In this document: in pieces, positions 19,201-28,093 of the stretch | Layout: the number at the start of each line of letters is the position of its first letter | Numbering within the stretch: position 1 is the stretch's first letter | Assembly (NCBI GenBank): GCA_030673645.1 | Contig: DAOVIO010000003.1 | Span: forward strand, 2,779 to 66,778 | DNA from: Bacteroidales bacterium | GTDB lineage: Bacteria > Bacteroidota > Bacteroidia > Bacteroidales > GCA-2748055 | DNA length: 64,000 nt | Direction: 5' to 3' | Translations under genes and position numbers: made by a program | Notes under the pieces: model-generated | Told to the model about the DNA's origin: nothing | What the model saw: only the letters and a program-made list of their open reading frames with translations | Database searches by the model: none

Positions 19201-20733
19201 AAAAAGTTTATCATTTATCTTTACACGATCTGCAACCTCATCAAAATAAACAAATCCCAACCTTGATAATTTCATCAACAGATGCCTCACCTGAACTACG
19301 GGTTTACGAATATTGGCCGCAAATGCCGCTACAGGAAACTCACGCCACCCACTTAATTCATTTGAAAATCGCCACAGATCAAGAAGTGGGTGAGTATAAT
19401 CTCTACCCTGTAGAGTAGTATAAAAATTTAAATTGAAAAAATTGTCGGATTCAAATCTTGCCTGACCAATAGCCCTGCCAAAAGAGGGTTTTAACAAAAT
19501 AGTACTGCTACCTCTTTTCCATTGAAGCTCCTCAAAATTCATCTGAATTTTGTGATAACTGTTTGAATAAGGTCCACCGGAAGTATAACTATCTCCTTTT
19601 GTAAGCCTTATTTCATCTCCATTTTCAAGGTATAAAAATTGCAAATCAGGATGATAAATAGAATCTGACTCCATGAATATTTTTATACTTGCACTAGTGG
19701 ATGTCATTGAATTTTCTCTGACAACAATATTCATCGACTCAACTGTCATTCTAACTGTATCACCTGTAAAAATCCTTACTCTGGCTAAGTCGATCTCATT
19801 TCCTGTTCCAACTAATTTAGCTCCTTGCATTGATAATCCTCCCGTAAACTCCATAGATGGAAATAAATCTGGAATATTATATTTACTCTGATAAGAGAAG
19901 AACTTTGGATAGGTTGCTCTATCTGGATTTACAATTTGCGCAGCTCTTTCCTGCAACTTCCCTTCAAGAGGAAAATCGAAGTACTTTTTATAATAAAACT
20001 GTACAGAATCTGCTTCAAAATAAGGTTTATTAAGCTCCAGCCTATAATTTCTAAGTTCAACAAATACCATATCAGGATCTAGCCCCGCTTTCTCCCATGT
20101 AACTTTTCCACCTTCTCCCCTCCATAACAACTTAATTGGATCATAATATCCTTCCGAACCGAAAATTTTCATTGTATCCTTATTTGAAATACAGGTTAGA
20201 TTAACATTTGATAATTTCACAATAGGATTCCCGTCAATAATGTCAAAAAAGAAGTCTTCGCTGATAAAATTCCATTTTGTCCCTGCCAAATCATACAATA
20301 CTGAGTCATTATATACACCCAAAATAATCTTCTGAGCCCTTTGTATTTCGTTAAAACTTTTTGTGGATGAAGAAACCAGTTCATTATATCCTGAAATCCA
20401 ATTCTGAATACCTCTTTCAATGGCAAGAGATTGAGTAGAAATATTCATTACTTTTAAATAATCAGTGAAATTAGGTGATGGACGACCTCTTCTTCTGAGC
20501 ATATGATTTGCAGCATTAATAAAATTGACTTTTGTGTCATAATTAATACTGTCAGTTTGCCAATTTAATAAAAACTCATTTAGTACTATTACTTCTTCAT
20601 CATTCAAACCTGTCATAAAGTCCTCAAATTGTGAAACAAACACAGCAGTATCAGTACTAAATTCTCTGATTTGTTGGGAGAAAACCTGAAATCCCAGTCC
20701 TATAATCAGAATAACTAAAAGGATGCGTTTCAT
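16255..20733 (-). CDS. very large secreted hypothetical protein (1492 aa)
   Basis: Uninterrupted 4.5-kb ORF with a signal peptide (MKRILLVILIIGLGFQVFSQQ). No domain recognisable by eye. Confidence 0.7.
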   Translation of the reverse strand: MKRILLVILIIGLGFQVFSQQIREFSTDTAVFVSQFEDFMTGLNDEEVIVLNEFLLNWQTDSINYDTKVNFINAANHMLRRRGRPSPNFTDYLKVMNISTQSLAIERGIQNWISGYNELVSSSTKSFNEIQRAQKIILGVYNDSVLYDLAGTKWNFISEDFFFDIIDGNPIVKLSNVNLTCISNKDTMKIFGSEGYYDPIKLLWRGEGGKVTWEKAGLDPDMVFVELRNYRLELNKPYFEADSVQFYYKKYFDFPLEGKLQERAAQIVNPDRATYPKFFSYQSKYNIPDLFPSMEFTGGLSMQGAKLVGTGNEIDLARVRIFTGDTVRMTVESMNIVVRENSMTSTSASIKIFMESDSIYHPDLQFLYLENGDEIRLTKGDSYTSGGPYSNSYHKIQMNFEELQWKRGSSTILLKPSFGRAIGQARFESDNFFNLNFYTTLQGRDYTHPLLDLWRFSNELSGWREFPVAAFAANIRKPVVQVRHLLMKLSRLGFVYFDEVADRVKINDKLFYYLEASVGKTDYDVISFLSQVDAPMENASLDLETFDLKINGIPNIFLSDSQNVVLIPDKNQIIMKRNRNFQFDGNIQAGLLTLSGSNLFFDYEHFMINLQDIDSMRITLMNYDEINRERYYIDITNLIQDLTGEIIIDDPSNKSGLQNFPEFPIFTSNENSYVYFDDRNIQGGVYKRNEVFFEIYPFTLDSLDNFSRQGMNLSGNFESDGMIPTLEQTLVLMPDNSLGFSYTTSESGLPVYNGKGTVYNDLIMSSGGLHSAGQLDYITSSTYSDDFTFHPDSLMSNSREFLMRKQTTGIQYPKVNSVNNKILWLVNEDEFFVDMKDVPFTMFQDTIMLRGDLKLTPNELSGKGTIDLVTSSVNSNDFRYRAEAIIADTSDFKLKSVSSSKLAISADNVRTNINLDAKSGQFFSNEDFTLVDFPEIVYESKLDFFKWEMMKETVEMGLNNEIQSDSYEWEDGLSGPRYMSKLPSQDSLSFVAPMAVYDYRNARLDASGVPFMLVADSRIYPNEGNVSVGRNAVMKQLANADIITDTNNEYYKFFNSMVSVLGRFNYSGSADYNYIDITGESQIINFTTIAVDTSIQSFGIANITKLDSFTLSPYFRFMGQVRMSARNPLLVFDGGTQLIHDCDIGRHWLKFEASINPDTVSIPVPIQPLTYDMAPTYIGTMITRDSTHVYSNFISQRKGYFDMPIAAASGIMEFNKITDRFEIASPERLIDTDVKSDYLALDNSSCIVYSNGHMNMQLDYGQVKMTTIGRGIQNKAEDTYSTRMLMGLDFFFSEEALDLFANDLDSIPGLETVNLNESFYKQSMIQLVGKEAADRMETDLGLYAEYRTIPAEFNQKLIFSDVLLDWNQNTRTFRYHGDISVIKVGNRIVNKKVEVYMELTKRASGDLIDMYFILDNNSFYYLGYNPGSIQVVSSNRAFNRIVFELKAKNRKIKTRAGSTGYIYSLASDRRPSLFLRRYKAAEDQGNEDELIQ

Positions 20734-21001
20734 AACAAGGCAATTTAATTGGAAGAATTAATTCCTGAATTTAAGGGAAATCTCTATATTTTCATAAAGA
20801 TCAAGGACAAAACTAAATTCAAATAGTAAAACAAAGTCTGAAATCAGTTTTGTAGTCACTTAAAAGAAGGGAGGATATGAATTCAGGAAAAAGTAAATAC
20901 TTAGATTTATGTAGGTGGGTATCTAACAAATAGGAAGTCGATCAGCAAGGATTTAATAATACCAAATAAATGTGATAACTAATTGTTATATCAATATATT
21001 T

Positions 21002-21042
21002 AAAAAAAAAGGAAAACCTCTTTAATGCAAAATCGGTTTTCC
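21002..21042 (-). terminator. rho-independent terminator of tpiA
   Basis: The minus strand has GGAAAACC-16 nt-GGTTTTCC followed by nine T. Confidence 0.7.
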
Positions 21043-21079
21043 CTCAGAAATATTTTTTATCTCTGATTAGCTAAAACTC

Positions 21080-21829
21080 TCAGAAAGCATTTACTATCTG
21101 AATAAAATCTTCGGCTTTAAGAGAAGCTCCGCCAATTAATCCGCCATCAACATCCTGATTAGCAAATAATTCTTTTGCATTATCAGGCTTACAGCTTCCT
21201 CCATATAAAATTGATATAGAATCGGCTACTTCCTTACCATAGTTTTCAGCAATCTTTAAACGAATAAATGCGTGCATTTCCTGTGCCTGATCAGAACTCG
21301 CTGTAACTCCTGTACCTATTGCCCATACAGGCTCATATGCTACAACAATATTCTTAAGTTCATCTTCAGAAAGATGAAATAACCCATCAGAAAGTTGAGA
21401 AAATACAACGTTAAAATGCTCATTACTCTCCCTTTCTGATAATACTTCACCAATACAAAATATAGGTCTCAAGCTTCGTGAAAGACATAAATCTACCTTT
21501 TTAGCCAGAGTTGCACTATCCTCATTAAAATATTCTCTTCTTTCTGAATGTCCTATTATCACATATTCTGCTCCTGTCGACTTAATCATATCAACAGATA
21601 CTTCACCAGTAAAAGCACCTTTTTCTTCAGAGGCACAATTCTGGGTTGACATTTTTACATCAGTTAGTACTTTTTGTATTTCAGAAAGATGAGTAGAAGG
21701 TGGAGCTATAATCATTATGGCATCAGTAGTTTTTGAAGATGCACTGTCATTAACTGCCTTTGCCAGTGCTATTCCTGAGTCAAGATCAGTATTCATTTTC
21801 CAGTTCCCTGCAACAATTTTTTGTCTCAT
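21080..21829 (-). CDS. tpiA: triose-phosphate isomerase
   Basis: AGNWKMN, IIGHSERR, AYEPVWAIGTG, ILYGGS. Confidence 0.95.
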   Translation of the reverse strand: MRQKIVAGNWKMNTDLDSGIALAKAVNDSASSKTTDAIMIIAPPSTHLSEIQKVLTDVKMSTQNCASEEKGAFTGEVSVDMIKSTGAEYVIIGHSERREYFNEDSATLAKKVDLCLSRSLRPIFCIGEVLSERESNEHFNVVFSQLSDGLFHLSEDELKNIVVAYEPVWAIGTGVTASSDQAQEMHAFIRLKIAENYGKEVADSISILYGGSCKPDNAKELFANQDVDGGLIGGASLKAEDFIQIVNAF

Positions 21830-21939
21830 AAGTAAATCTATTTATTAATTTTAAAATCTTTTCAAAAGTAGGGAAAATTAAGAAGAGAGAAAAGAGAAAA
21901 TATGGTTGTTGAAATAATATTCTCAGAACCAATTAATGG

Positions 21940-22746
21940 TTAAACAGATTGGAAGTTTTTCTCCAGAGTTTCTAATAATTCTTTATTGTTTACCCCCCAT
22001 TGCAGCTTCCCATTTTCAGCTATTGAAATCTGTCCGGTTTCTTCTGAAACAATTATTACTATGGCGTCAGTCATCTCAGTCAGTCCTATGGCAGCCCTGT
22101 GTCTTAGACCATATTCCGGAGGAAGGTCAGGTTGATCTGTTACTGGCAGTATAACTCTGGCAGCATAAACTTTTATTCCATCAATTATTATGGCTCCATC
22201 GTGCATCGGACTATGCTTGTTAAAAATACTGATGATCAATCGACTGGAAGTATTACCATCTATTATATCACCAGCTTGCGCATATATATCAAGAATTGAT
22301 TTTCTCTTGATAACAATTAAAGCACCAGTTTTATTTGTTGAAAGACTGATTACTGCTTTTAAAATTGATTTTAACCTAATACCGTATCTAGGATCAAAAT
22401 CAACTTTGAATAAATTCTCAAGCCTTATTCGATTCTTATAAACATACTGTGTTCCGATCAGAATTAAAAACCTTCGTATCTCTTGCTGAAATACTATAAT
22501 CAATGCTATAACCCCTACTCCGATTACCTGGCCAAGTATATTACTTAAAAGATCCATTTTCAGCATTTTCACAAAAGCCCAAAACAAATAGATAAGCACA
22601 ATACCCAGAATTATATTTATAGCAACGGTTCCACGTACAAGCCTATATATCTGGTACATAATAATAGCGACCAAGAGTATGTCCAGTACATCTAATAATC
22701 TGATATGTAAAAAAAGAATTGACATAAAAAATCTACATTCATACAA
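21940..22746 (-). CDS. cdaA: diadenylate cyclase (c-di-AMP synthase)
   Basis: Three N-terminal TM helices plus a DAC domain (TGALIVI, HDGAIIIDG, GLRHRAAIGLTE, VSEETGQISIA). It sits in the conserved folP-cdaA pairing. The start may be at 22725. Confidence 0.85.
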   Translation of the reverse strand: MYECRFFMSILFLHIRLLDVLDILLVAIIMYQIYRLVRGTVAINIILGIVLIYLFWAFVKMLKMDLLSNILGQVIGVGVIALIIVFQQEIRRFLILIGTQYVYKNRIRLENLFKVDFDPRYGIRLKSILKAVISLSTNKTGALIVIKRKSILDIYAQAGDIIDGNTSSRLIISIFNKHSPMHDGAIIIDGIKVYAARVILPVTDQPDLPPEYGLRHRAAIGLTEMTDAIVIIVSEETGQISIAENGKLQWGVNNKELLETLEKNFQSV

Positions 22747-22766
22747 ATTTAAGAATTGAAATGGAT

Positions 22767-23642
22767 TTAAGCTTGTTTTTCAATTTCATTCAACTTATTA
22801 TGTAAAGAAATTGTTTGACGGGCTTCCTTCACATCGTGGGCTCGTAATATATTTACTCCCTTATGCAAAGCATACATATGTAAAGCAGTAGTGCCATTCA
22901 AAGCATTATCTGATGTGGTTTCAAGAAAATTATAAATCATAGACTTTCTAGACAAGCCGACCATCAATGGGATTTCAAATGCCTGAAAAACTTCCAAAGA
23001 TGCTAAGATTTCATAATTGTTATCCATACTTTTTCCAAAGCCAAAGCCGGGATCAATAATAATATCCTTCAATCCTTTCGATTGCAATTCAACAATCTTT
23101 CTGTCGAAATAACCTAACAAATCATTTACAACATCTTCATACTCTGGATTCTCCTGCATAGTTTCCGGAGTTCCCTGCATATGCATAATAATATATGGAA
23201 TACTTTGCTCCACTGCAAATTCAACTAATTCAGGATCACCATCTCCAGCTGTGATATCATTTATTACTTCGATCCCAAATTCAGTATTAAGTAATTCTGC
23301 CACCTCTCTACGAAAAGTATCTACAGAAACAGATATACCCGAATCTTTTCCCCTTATCAACTCCAATGCTGGTCGTAAACGTTTTATCTCCTCCTTTGCA
23401 TCAATGTATTTTGCGCCCGGACGTGAAGAAAATCCTCCAATATCAATGATATCGGCTCCTTCTTTTATTACTGTATCTATTCTTTCTGCTAACTTATCTA
23501 ACTTACTATATCTACCTCCATCGTAAAAAGAATCAGGAGTCAGATTCACAATGGCCATCACCTTTGGAGTGCTAAAATCGACTAAACTTCCCTTGCAATT
23601 TATACTTAAATTTCTCGAAAAAAATGTATCTTTAAAATCCAT
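22767..23642 (-). CDS. folP: dihydropteroate synthase
   Basis: MAIVNLTPDSFYDGG, DIGGFSSRPG, GLSRKS. The track ORF extends to 23675; the likely start is ATG at 23642 (MDFKDTFF). Confidence 0.9.
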   Translation of the reverse strand: MDFKDTFFSRNLSINCKGSLVDFSTPKVMAIVNLTPDSFYDGGRYSKLDKLAERIDTVIKEGADIIDIGGFSSRPGAKYIDAKEEIKRLRPALELIRGKDSGISVSVDTFRREVAELLNTEFGIEVINDITAGDGDPELVEFAVEQSIPYIIMHMQGTPETMQENPEYEDVVNDLLGYFDRKIVELQSKGLKDIIIDPGFGFGKSMDNNYEILASLEVFQAFEIPLMVGLSRKSMIYNFLETTSDNALNGTTALHMYALHKGVNILRAHDVKEARQTISLHNKLNEIEKQA

Positions 23643-23731
23643 TTTGAGTGTATGAAAGACTTGTAAAGTTAGCAATTAGATACAAATTATTGCTAAATTC
23701 TAAAAGCTAATAAATAAAACTAATTTTCAAT

Positions 23732-24415
23732 ATGAAATTTGCTGTCATTGAAGGATTAGATGGTTCCGGGAAATCTACACAGATTAAACTTCTTCGGAAT
23801 TATCTTGAAGAAAATAAAATAAAATACAAATATTTACATTTTCCAAGAGCCGGAACAGGTGTCTATGGAGAACTAGTTGCCCGTTTTCTGAGAGGTGAAT
23901 TAGGAAATATAAATCAGGTAAACCCATATCTCGTTGCGTTAATTTTTGCAGGCGACAGAGATGATGCCAAAGAAATGATAAGGAAATGGATTAAAGAAGG
24001 ATACTTTGTTTTAATAGATCGCTATGTAAATTCAAATATCGCTTTTCAATGTGCTAAATTTCAAAGTCAACAGGAAAGAGATCAATTAACAGATTGGATC
24101 TTAAAACTCGAGTTTGAATATAATAATCTACCTGTTCCTGATATAAGTCTGTTTCTTGACGTCCCTTTTAATTTCACAGAAAAACAACTTAAAAACCAAA
24201 GACAAGGCAAAGATCGTGAATATTTAAAAGGTGCAGTAGATATCCATGAAGACAATTTGGATTTTCAGAATATTGTAAGACAGGTTTATTTATCATTGGA
24301 GGGTAAGGAAGGATATAAAATACTGAATTGCGCAAATAAGACTGGTCATATATTACAACCGGATGAAATTTTTAACAAAATAATAAAATCACTGGAAATT
24401 CATGAAAGGAATTAG
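23732..24415 (+). CDS. tmk: dTMP (thymidylate) kinase family protein
   Basis: IEGLDGSGKSTQ P-loop, a DRY motif and a lid region. Confidence 0.8.
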   Translation: MKFAVIEGLDGSGKSTQIKLLRNYLEENKIKYKYLHFPRAGTGVYGELVARFLRGELGNINQVNPYLVALIFAGDRDDAKEMIRKWIKEGYFVLIDRYVNSNIAFQCAKFQSQQERDQLTDWILKLEFEYNNLPVPDISLFLDVPFNFTEKQLKNQRQGKDREYLKGAVDIHEDNLDFQNIVRQVYLSLEGKEGYKILNCANKTGHILQPDEIFNKIIKSLEIHERN

Positions 24416-26294
24416 AACCATAAGCAGAATTATAGTAGGTCTTGTATTTATTTTCTCAGGATTCGTAAAAGCAATCGACCCACTTGGATCCACCTATAAA
24501 TTCATTGATTATTTTAATGCTTTTCATCTAGGATTTCTTGAATCTCTTGCCTTTCCACTTGCCATTATTTTAAGTGGTATTGAACTTGTTCTTGGCATTT
24601 CTCTCATTTTAGGATATAGAATGAAAATTGCTTCATGGACTACATTAATTTTCATGTCATTTTTTACAGTATTAACTTTTATTCTTGCCTTAACAAATCC
24701 TGTTCACGATTGCGGATGTTTTGGAGATGCTATTATCCTTACTAACTGGCAAACCTTTTGGAAAAATGTTGTTTTGATGTTTTTTACATTTCTGATTTTC
24801 ATATACCGTACCAATTATATTCCAGTAAGGTCAAAATTAACCGAATCACTATTAATAATACTATTCTTTGTATTTTCTTTTATCCTATCATTTAGTTGTT
24901 ATAGCCATTTACCTATTATCGATTTCCGTCCATATAAAGTAGGAACCTATATTCCTGAAGCGATGAGCATACCCGAAAATGCACCAGAAAATGTTTATGA
25001 AACATCTCTTATTTATAAAGAAATTTCTACAGGTAAAGAGAAAGAATTTAACCTTGAAAATTACCCAAAAGATACTTCTCTGTGGGAGTTTTCAGATGCT
25101 AAATCTGTACTTATATCAAAAGGCTATGAGCCTCCAATACACGACTTTAACATAGTTTCTCCATCAGGCCAAGAAATAACAGATGATGTTCTCAATTTTA
25201 GCGGTTACACATTTACTCTTATTAGCTATGACATATCAAAGACCCCTGATGAAGCTCTTATTGAAGCTAATCAGTTCTTTAATCTGTCCCAAAGCCATAA
25301 AGATGTACGTTTCTTTGCAATAACAGCTTCTTCTTATGAAAATACTGAGGAAAAAAGGAATAATTTAAACTTAGGGTACGATTTCTGTCTAGCTGATGAG
25401 ATTACTCTAAAAACTATTGTCAGAGCAAATCCAGGTCTGGTTTTATTACACAATGGAACCATATTAGATAAATGGCATTACCGAGATTTTCCAGATTCAG
25501 AAGAAATGTCTTTTTTTGAAGATCTATTCAATGATTATCCATTTTGCAAAGGATGTGATCTCAATTTGATTAGGAACCCTCCACTGGGATCAAAAGAAGA
25601 TATATATGAATCCATCTTTTTATACAGGAGTCTGATTAGTGACAGTTTGAATGAGTTTACTATAGATAATTATCCTCAAAATTCTGCAGAATGGATTTTT
25701 GAGGATTCTAAAAGCACTAAAATACAATCTGGTTTTACAAGTATTATTGACAAATTCATACTTCAGGATTACTCAGGTAATGAGCTATCAGAATCCATAT
25801 ACTTTAACCCGGGTTATAGTCTCTTGTTTTTCATTAAAGACATTTATTCCCTTTCAGAAGAATTAATAAAACAAATTGTACAGCTTGGAGCCATGTCGAC
25901 AGAATATCTTGGTACAGGATTGAAAGTTTTTGCTGCAGTGGATGTAGAAGGAGAGGATTTGCTTTCAGTTAGTGATCAGTTTATATCATCTTTTGAATAC
26001 TTGCATATTGAGAGTTCGGCTATGGATATATTGAATTTTGAATCTGCGTTTGCGGTGGTGATAAAAGATGGAAAAATAATTGAGTGTTTTAAAGATAACG
26101 AGATTCCTGATCCTGAAATACTCCAATTAATAGAAGATAATTATTCTTTGCCTGATGCCTCATCAGTAATTTCTCCAATGGTTCTAAAAGAATTAAGCAC
26201 TCAGAGGAACAAGCTTATAATCATAAGCCTCACTTTAGGTTTTTTCTTATTTTCAAGTATGCTTAGAATTTTCTTTAGTAGAAATAAAAGATAA
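24402..26294 (+). CDS. DoxX/MauE-type (BT_3928-like) membrane protein with a duplicated extramembrane domain and a C-terminal TM anchor
   Basis: N-terminal VGLVFIFSGFVKAIDPLGS... multi-TM region with a DCGCFG motif, then two homologous ~160-aa modules (YETSLIYKEIS...NYPKD..WEF and YESIFLYRSLIS...NYPQN..WIF). Confidence 0.7.
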   Translation: MKGIRTISRIIVGLVFIFSGFVKAIDPLGSTYKFIDYFNAFHLGFLESLAFPLAIILSGIELVLGISLILGYRMKIASWTTLIFMSFFTVLTFILALTNPVHDCGCFGDAIILTNWQTFWKNVVLMFFTFLIFIYRTNYIPVRSKLTESLLIILFFVFSFILSFSCYSHLPIIDFRPYKVGTYIPEAMSIPENAPENVYETSLIYKEISTGKEKEFNLENYPKDTSLWEFSDAKSVLISKGYEPPIHDFNIVSPSGQEITDDVLNFSGYTFTLISYDISKTPDEALIEANQFFNLSQSHKDVRFFAITASSYENTEEKRNNLNLGYDFCLADEITLKTIVRANPGLVLLHNGTILDKWHYRDFPDSEEMSFFEDLFNDYPFCKGCDLNLIRNPPLGSKEDIYESIFLYRSLISDSLNEFTIDNYPQNSAEWIFEDSKSTKIQSGFTSIIDKFILQDYSGNELSESIYFNPGYSLLFFIKDIYSLSEELIKQIVQLGAMSTEYLGTGLKVFAAVDVEGEDLLSVSDQFISSFEYLHIESSAMDILNFESAFAVVIKDGKIIECFKDNEIPDPEILQLIEDNYSLPDASSVISPMVLKELSTQRNKLIIISLTLGFFLFSSMLRIFFSRNKR

Positions 26295-26298
26295 TATC

Positions 26299-27372
26299 AT
26301 GCTTCAAAAACTGAGCAGGAGCATTTTATACAGTTTACTTGTAGCTTGGGGAGTAGTTACAGTAGTATTTTTTCTATTTAATGTTCTTCCTGGGGATCCT
26401 GCAAGAATGATGCTTGGCCAGCGTTCAGATCTTGCAACTCTTGAACTTATAAGAGAGGAAATGGGTTTTAATGAAAGTAAAGGAAAGCAATATCTAAGGT
26501 ATCTTAATGACTTGTCTCCCTTATCCCTACATAGCAAGAATAAGGATTCATTCTTTTATTTCGACATTAAAAAATATAATAGAGCAATTACTTTGCTTAC
26601 AATTAAAAAGGAAGTCTTAATTTCTCTCAAAATACCATATCTTGGAAAATCTTTCCAGAGTAATCGAAATGTAAGTGAAATGATTCGGTCTGCCCTCCCC
26701 AACTCCTTAATCCTTGCGTTCACTTCTATTCTATTTGCTTTTATTATTGGAAATATTCTTGGAATCTTTGCTGCCATTAAAAAAGGTTCATGGTTCGATA
26801 ATATATCCATCTTCTTATCGACTACAGGCATGGCTCTTCCCTCTTTTTTTGCAGCAATAATAATTGGATGGTTTTTTGCCTATAAATTTGGTCATATTAC
26901 TAATCTAAATCTCACAGGTAATCTGATTGAAATTGATGATCTGGGAAGAGGAAACAGAATTGTATTAAAAAACCTGATCCTACCAGCAATTACTCTTGGC
27001 ATAAGGCCTCTTTCCGTAGTTCTTCAGCTTACCCGAAGCAGCATGCTGGATGTATTGAGTCAGGATTACATTCGCACAGCCAGGGCAAAAGGCTTATCTG
27101 AAGGCCGGGTAATTTTAAAGCATGCTTTTAGAAATTCTTTAGCACCTGTGGTAACAGCAGTAAGTGGTTGGTTTGCCGGCATGCTGGCCGGAGTAGTTTT
27201 CGTAGAATTTATTTTTGGATGGAAAGGTTTAGGATATATGATAGTCAATGCTTTAAATTTCTACGATATGCCGGTAGTCTTAGGATGTGTTCTAACTATA
27301 TCTATTGTATTTGTGATTGTAAATATATTGGTAGATATACTTTATAAGGTATTAGATCCCAGGTTAAGATAA
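26299..27372 (+). CDS. ABC transporter permease (DppB/OppB-type)
   Basis: Six-TM BPD-transport domain with the EAA-like loop (SQDYIRTARAKGLSEGRVILKHAFRNSLAPV). Confidence 0.8.
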   Translation: MLQKLSRSILYSLLVAWGVVTVVFFLFNVLPGDPARMMLGQRSDLATLELIREEMGFNESKGKQYLRYLNDLSPLSLHSKNKDSFFYFDIKKYNRAITLLTIKKEVLISLKIPYLGKSFQSNRNVSEMIRSALPNSLILAFTSILFAFIIGNILGIFAAIKKGSWFDNISIFLSTTGMALPSFFAAIIIGWFFAYKFGHITNLNLTGNLIEIDDLGRGNRIVLKNLILPAITLGIRPLSVVLQLTRSSMLDVLSQDYIRTARAKGLSEGRVILKHAFRNSLAPVVTAVSGWFAGMLAGVVFVEFIFGWKGLGYMIVNALNFYDMPVVLGCVLTISIVFVIVNILVDILYKVLDPRLR

Positions 27373-27377
27373 AGATC

Positions 27378-27400
27378 TTCTGATATTCCTAATATCAGGA
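27378..27400. terminator. hairpin between convergent genes (weak terminator candidate)
   Basis: CTGATATT-CCT-AATATCAG stem. It overlaps the plsY stop codon, with T-rich sequence on the plus-strand side. Confidence 0.35.
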
Positions 27401-28036
27401 TTTCTTCTTAAATAAAAAGCTTGCTTTTTCTTCTTCTGCACGAATTAGTCGCTTGATATTTTTCATGTGAGTAACCACTAATAATACTGAAACAATAATG
27501 GAAAAAATTCTGAGACTGAGATAAGATGAATCAAACACAAAGTCTATCCAAATTGGAAATGAGATACCAGCAATTATGGAACCAAGTGATACATATTTAA
27601 AAATAAGAAGAACAATAAGAAAGACAGCTGCGGCGCTTAAAGTTGGTAAAAGAGCAAGTGATAAGAATACTCCAAAAATAGTAGCTACACCTTTCCCCCC
27701 CCTGAATTCAACAAAAACTGGATAAATATGACCAACTACAGCTAACATACCAAGGACGATACCAAGAATCATTAATTCCTGACTTCCAGAGGGGAAAATA
27801 TTAAAAAATGATGCGTATTTAACGGCAACCCATCCTTTGAATAGATCAAAAATAAGAACAGGTATTCCTACCTTAACGCCTAGAACCCTCATAGTATTTG
27901 TAGCGCCGGCATTTCCACTACCATGCTCACGAACATCAATACCAAAGAATCCTCTGCCCACCCAAACTGAAGTAGGGATGGATCCGGTTAAATATGCAAG
28001 AAGTCCTGCAATAATAATGAGCAATGTAGTTGTCAT
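27395..28036 (-). CDS. plsY: glycerol-3-phosphate acyltransferase (acyl-phosphate dependent)
   Basis: LLAYLTGSIPTS and HGSGNAGATN motifs. The track ORF extends to 28063; the likely start is ATG at 28036. Confidence 0.88.
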   Translation of the reverse strand: MTTTLLIIIAGLLAYLTGSIPTSVWVGRGFFGIDVREHGSGNAGATNTMRVLGVKVGIPVLIFDLFKGWVAVKYASFFNIFPSGSQELMILGIVLGMLAVVGHIYPVFVEFRGGKGVATIFGVFLSLALLPTLSAAAVFLIVLLIFKYVSLGSIIAGISFPIWIDFVFDSSYLSLRIFSIIVSVLLVVTHMKNIKRLIRAEEEKASFLFKKKS

Positions 28037-28093
28037 AAGATTAAAATAATATTGAAGCTCCAAACTTGAAGCGTCAATTCCTTCAAATAGATA

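Noticed and set aside
20877-20933. 18-codon ORF (MNSGKSKYLDLCRWVSNK) preceded by AAGGGAGGA
   Set aside because: It is very short and has no terminator or support I can assess. The Shine-Dalgarno-like purine run may be coincidental in a phylum that largely does not use SD pairing. The similar AAGGAGGA before the sigma-factor TTG start keeps it marginally interesting.
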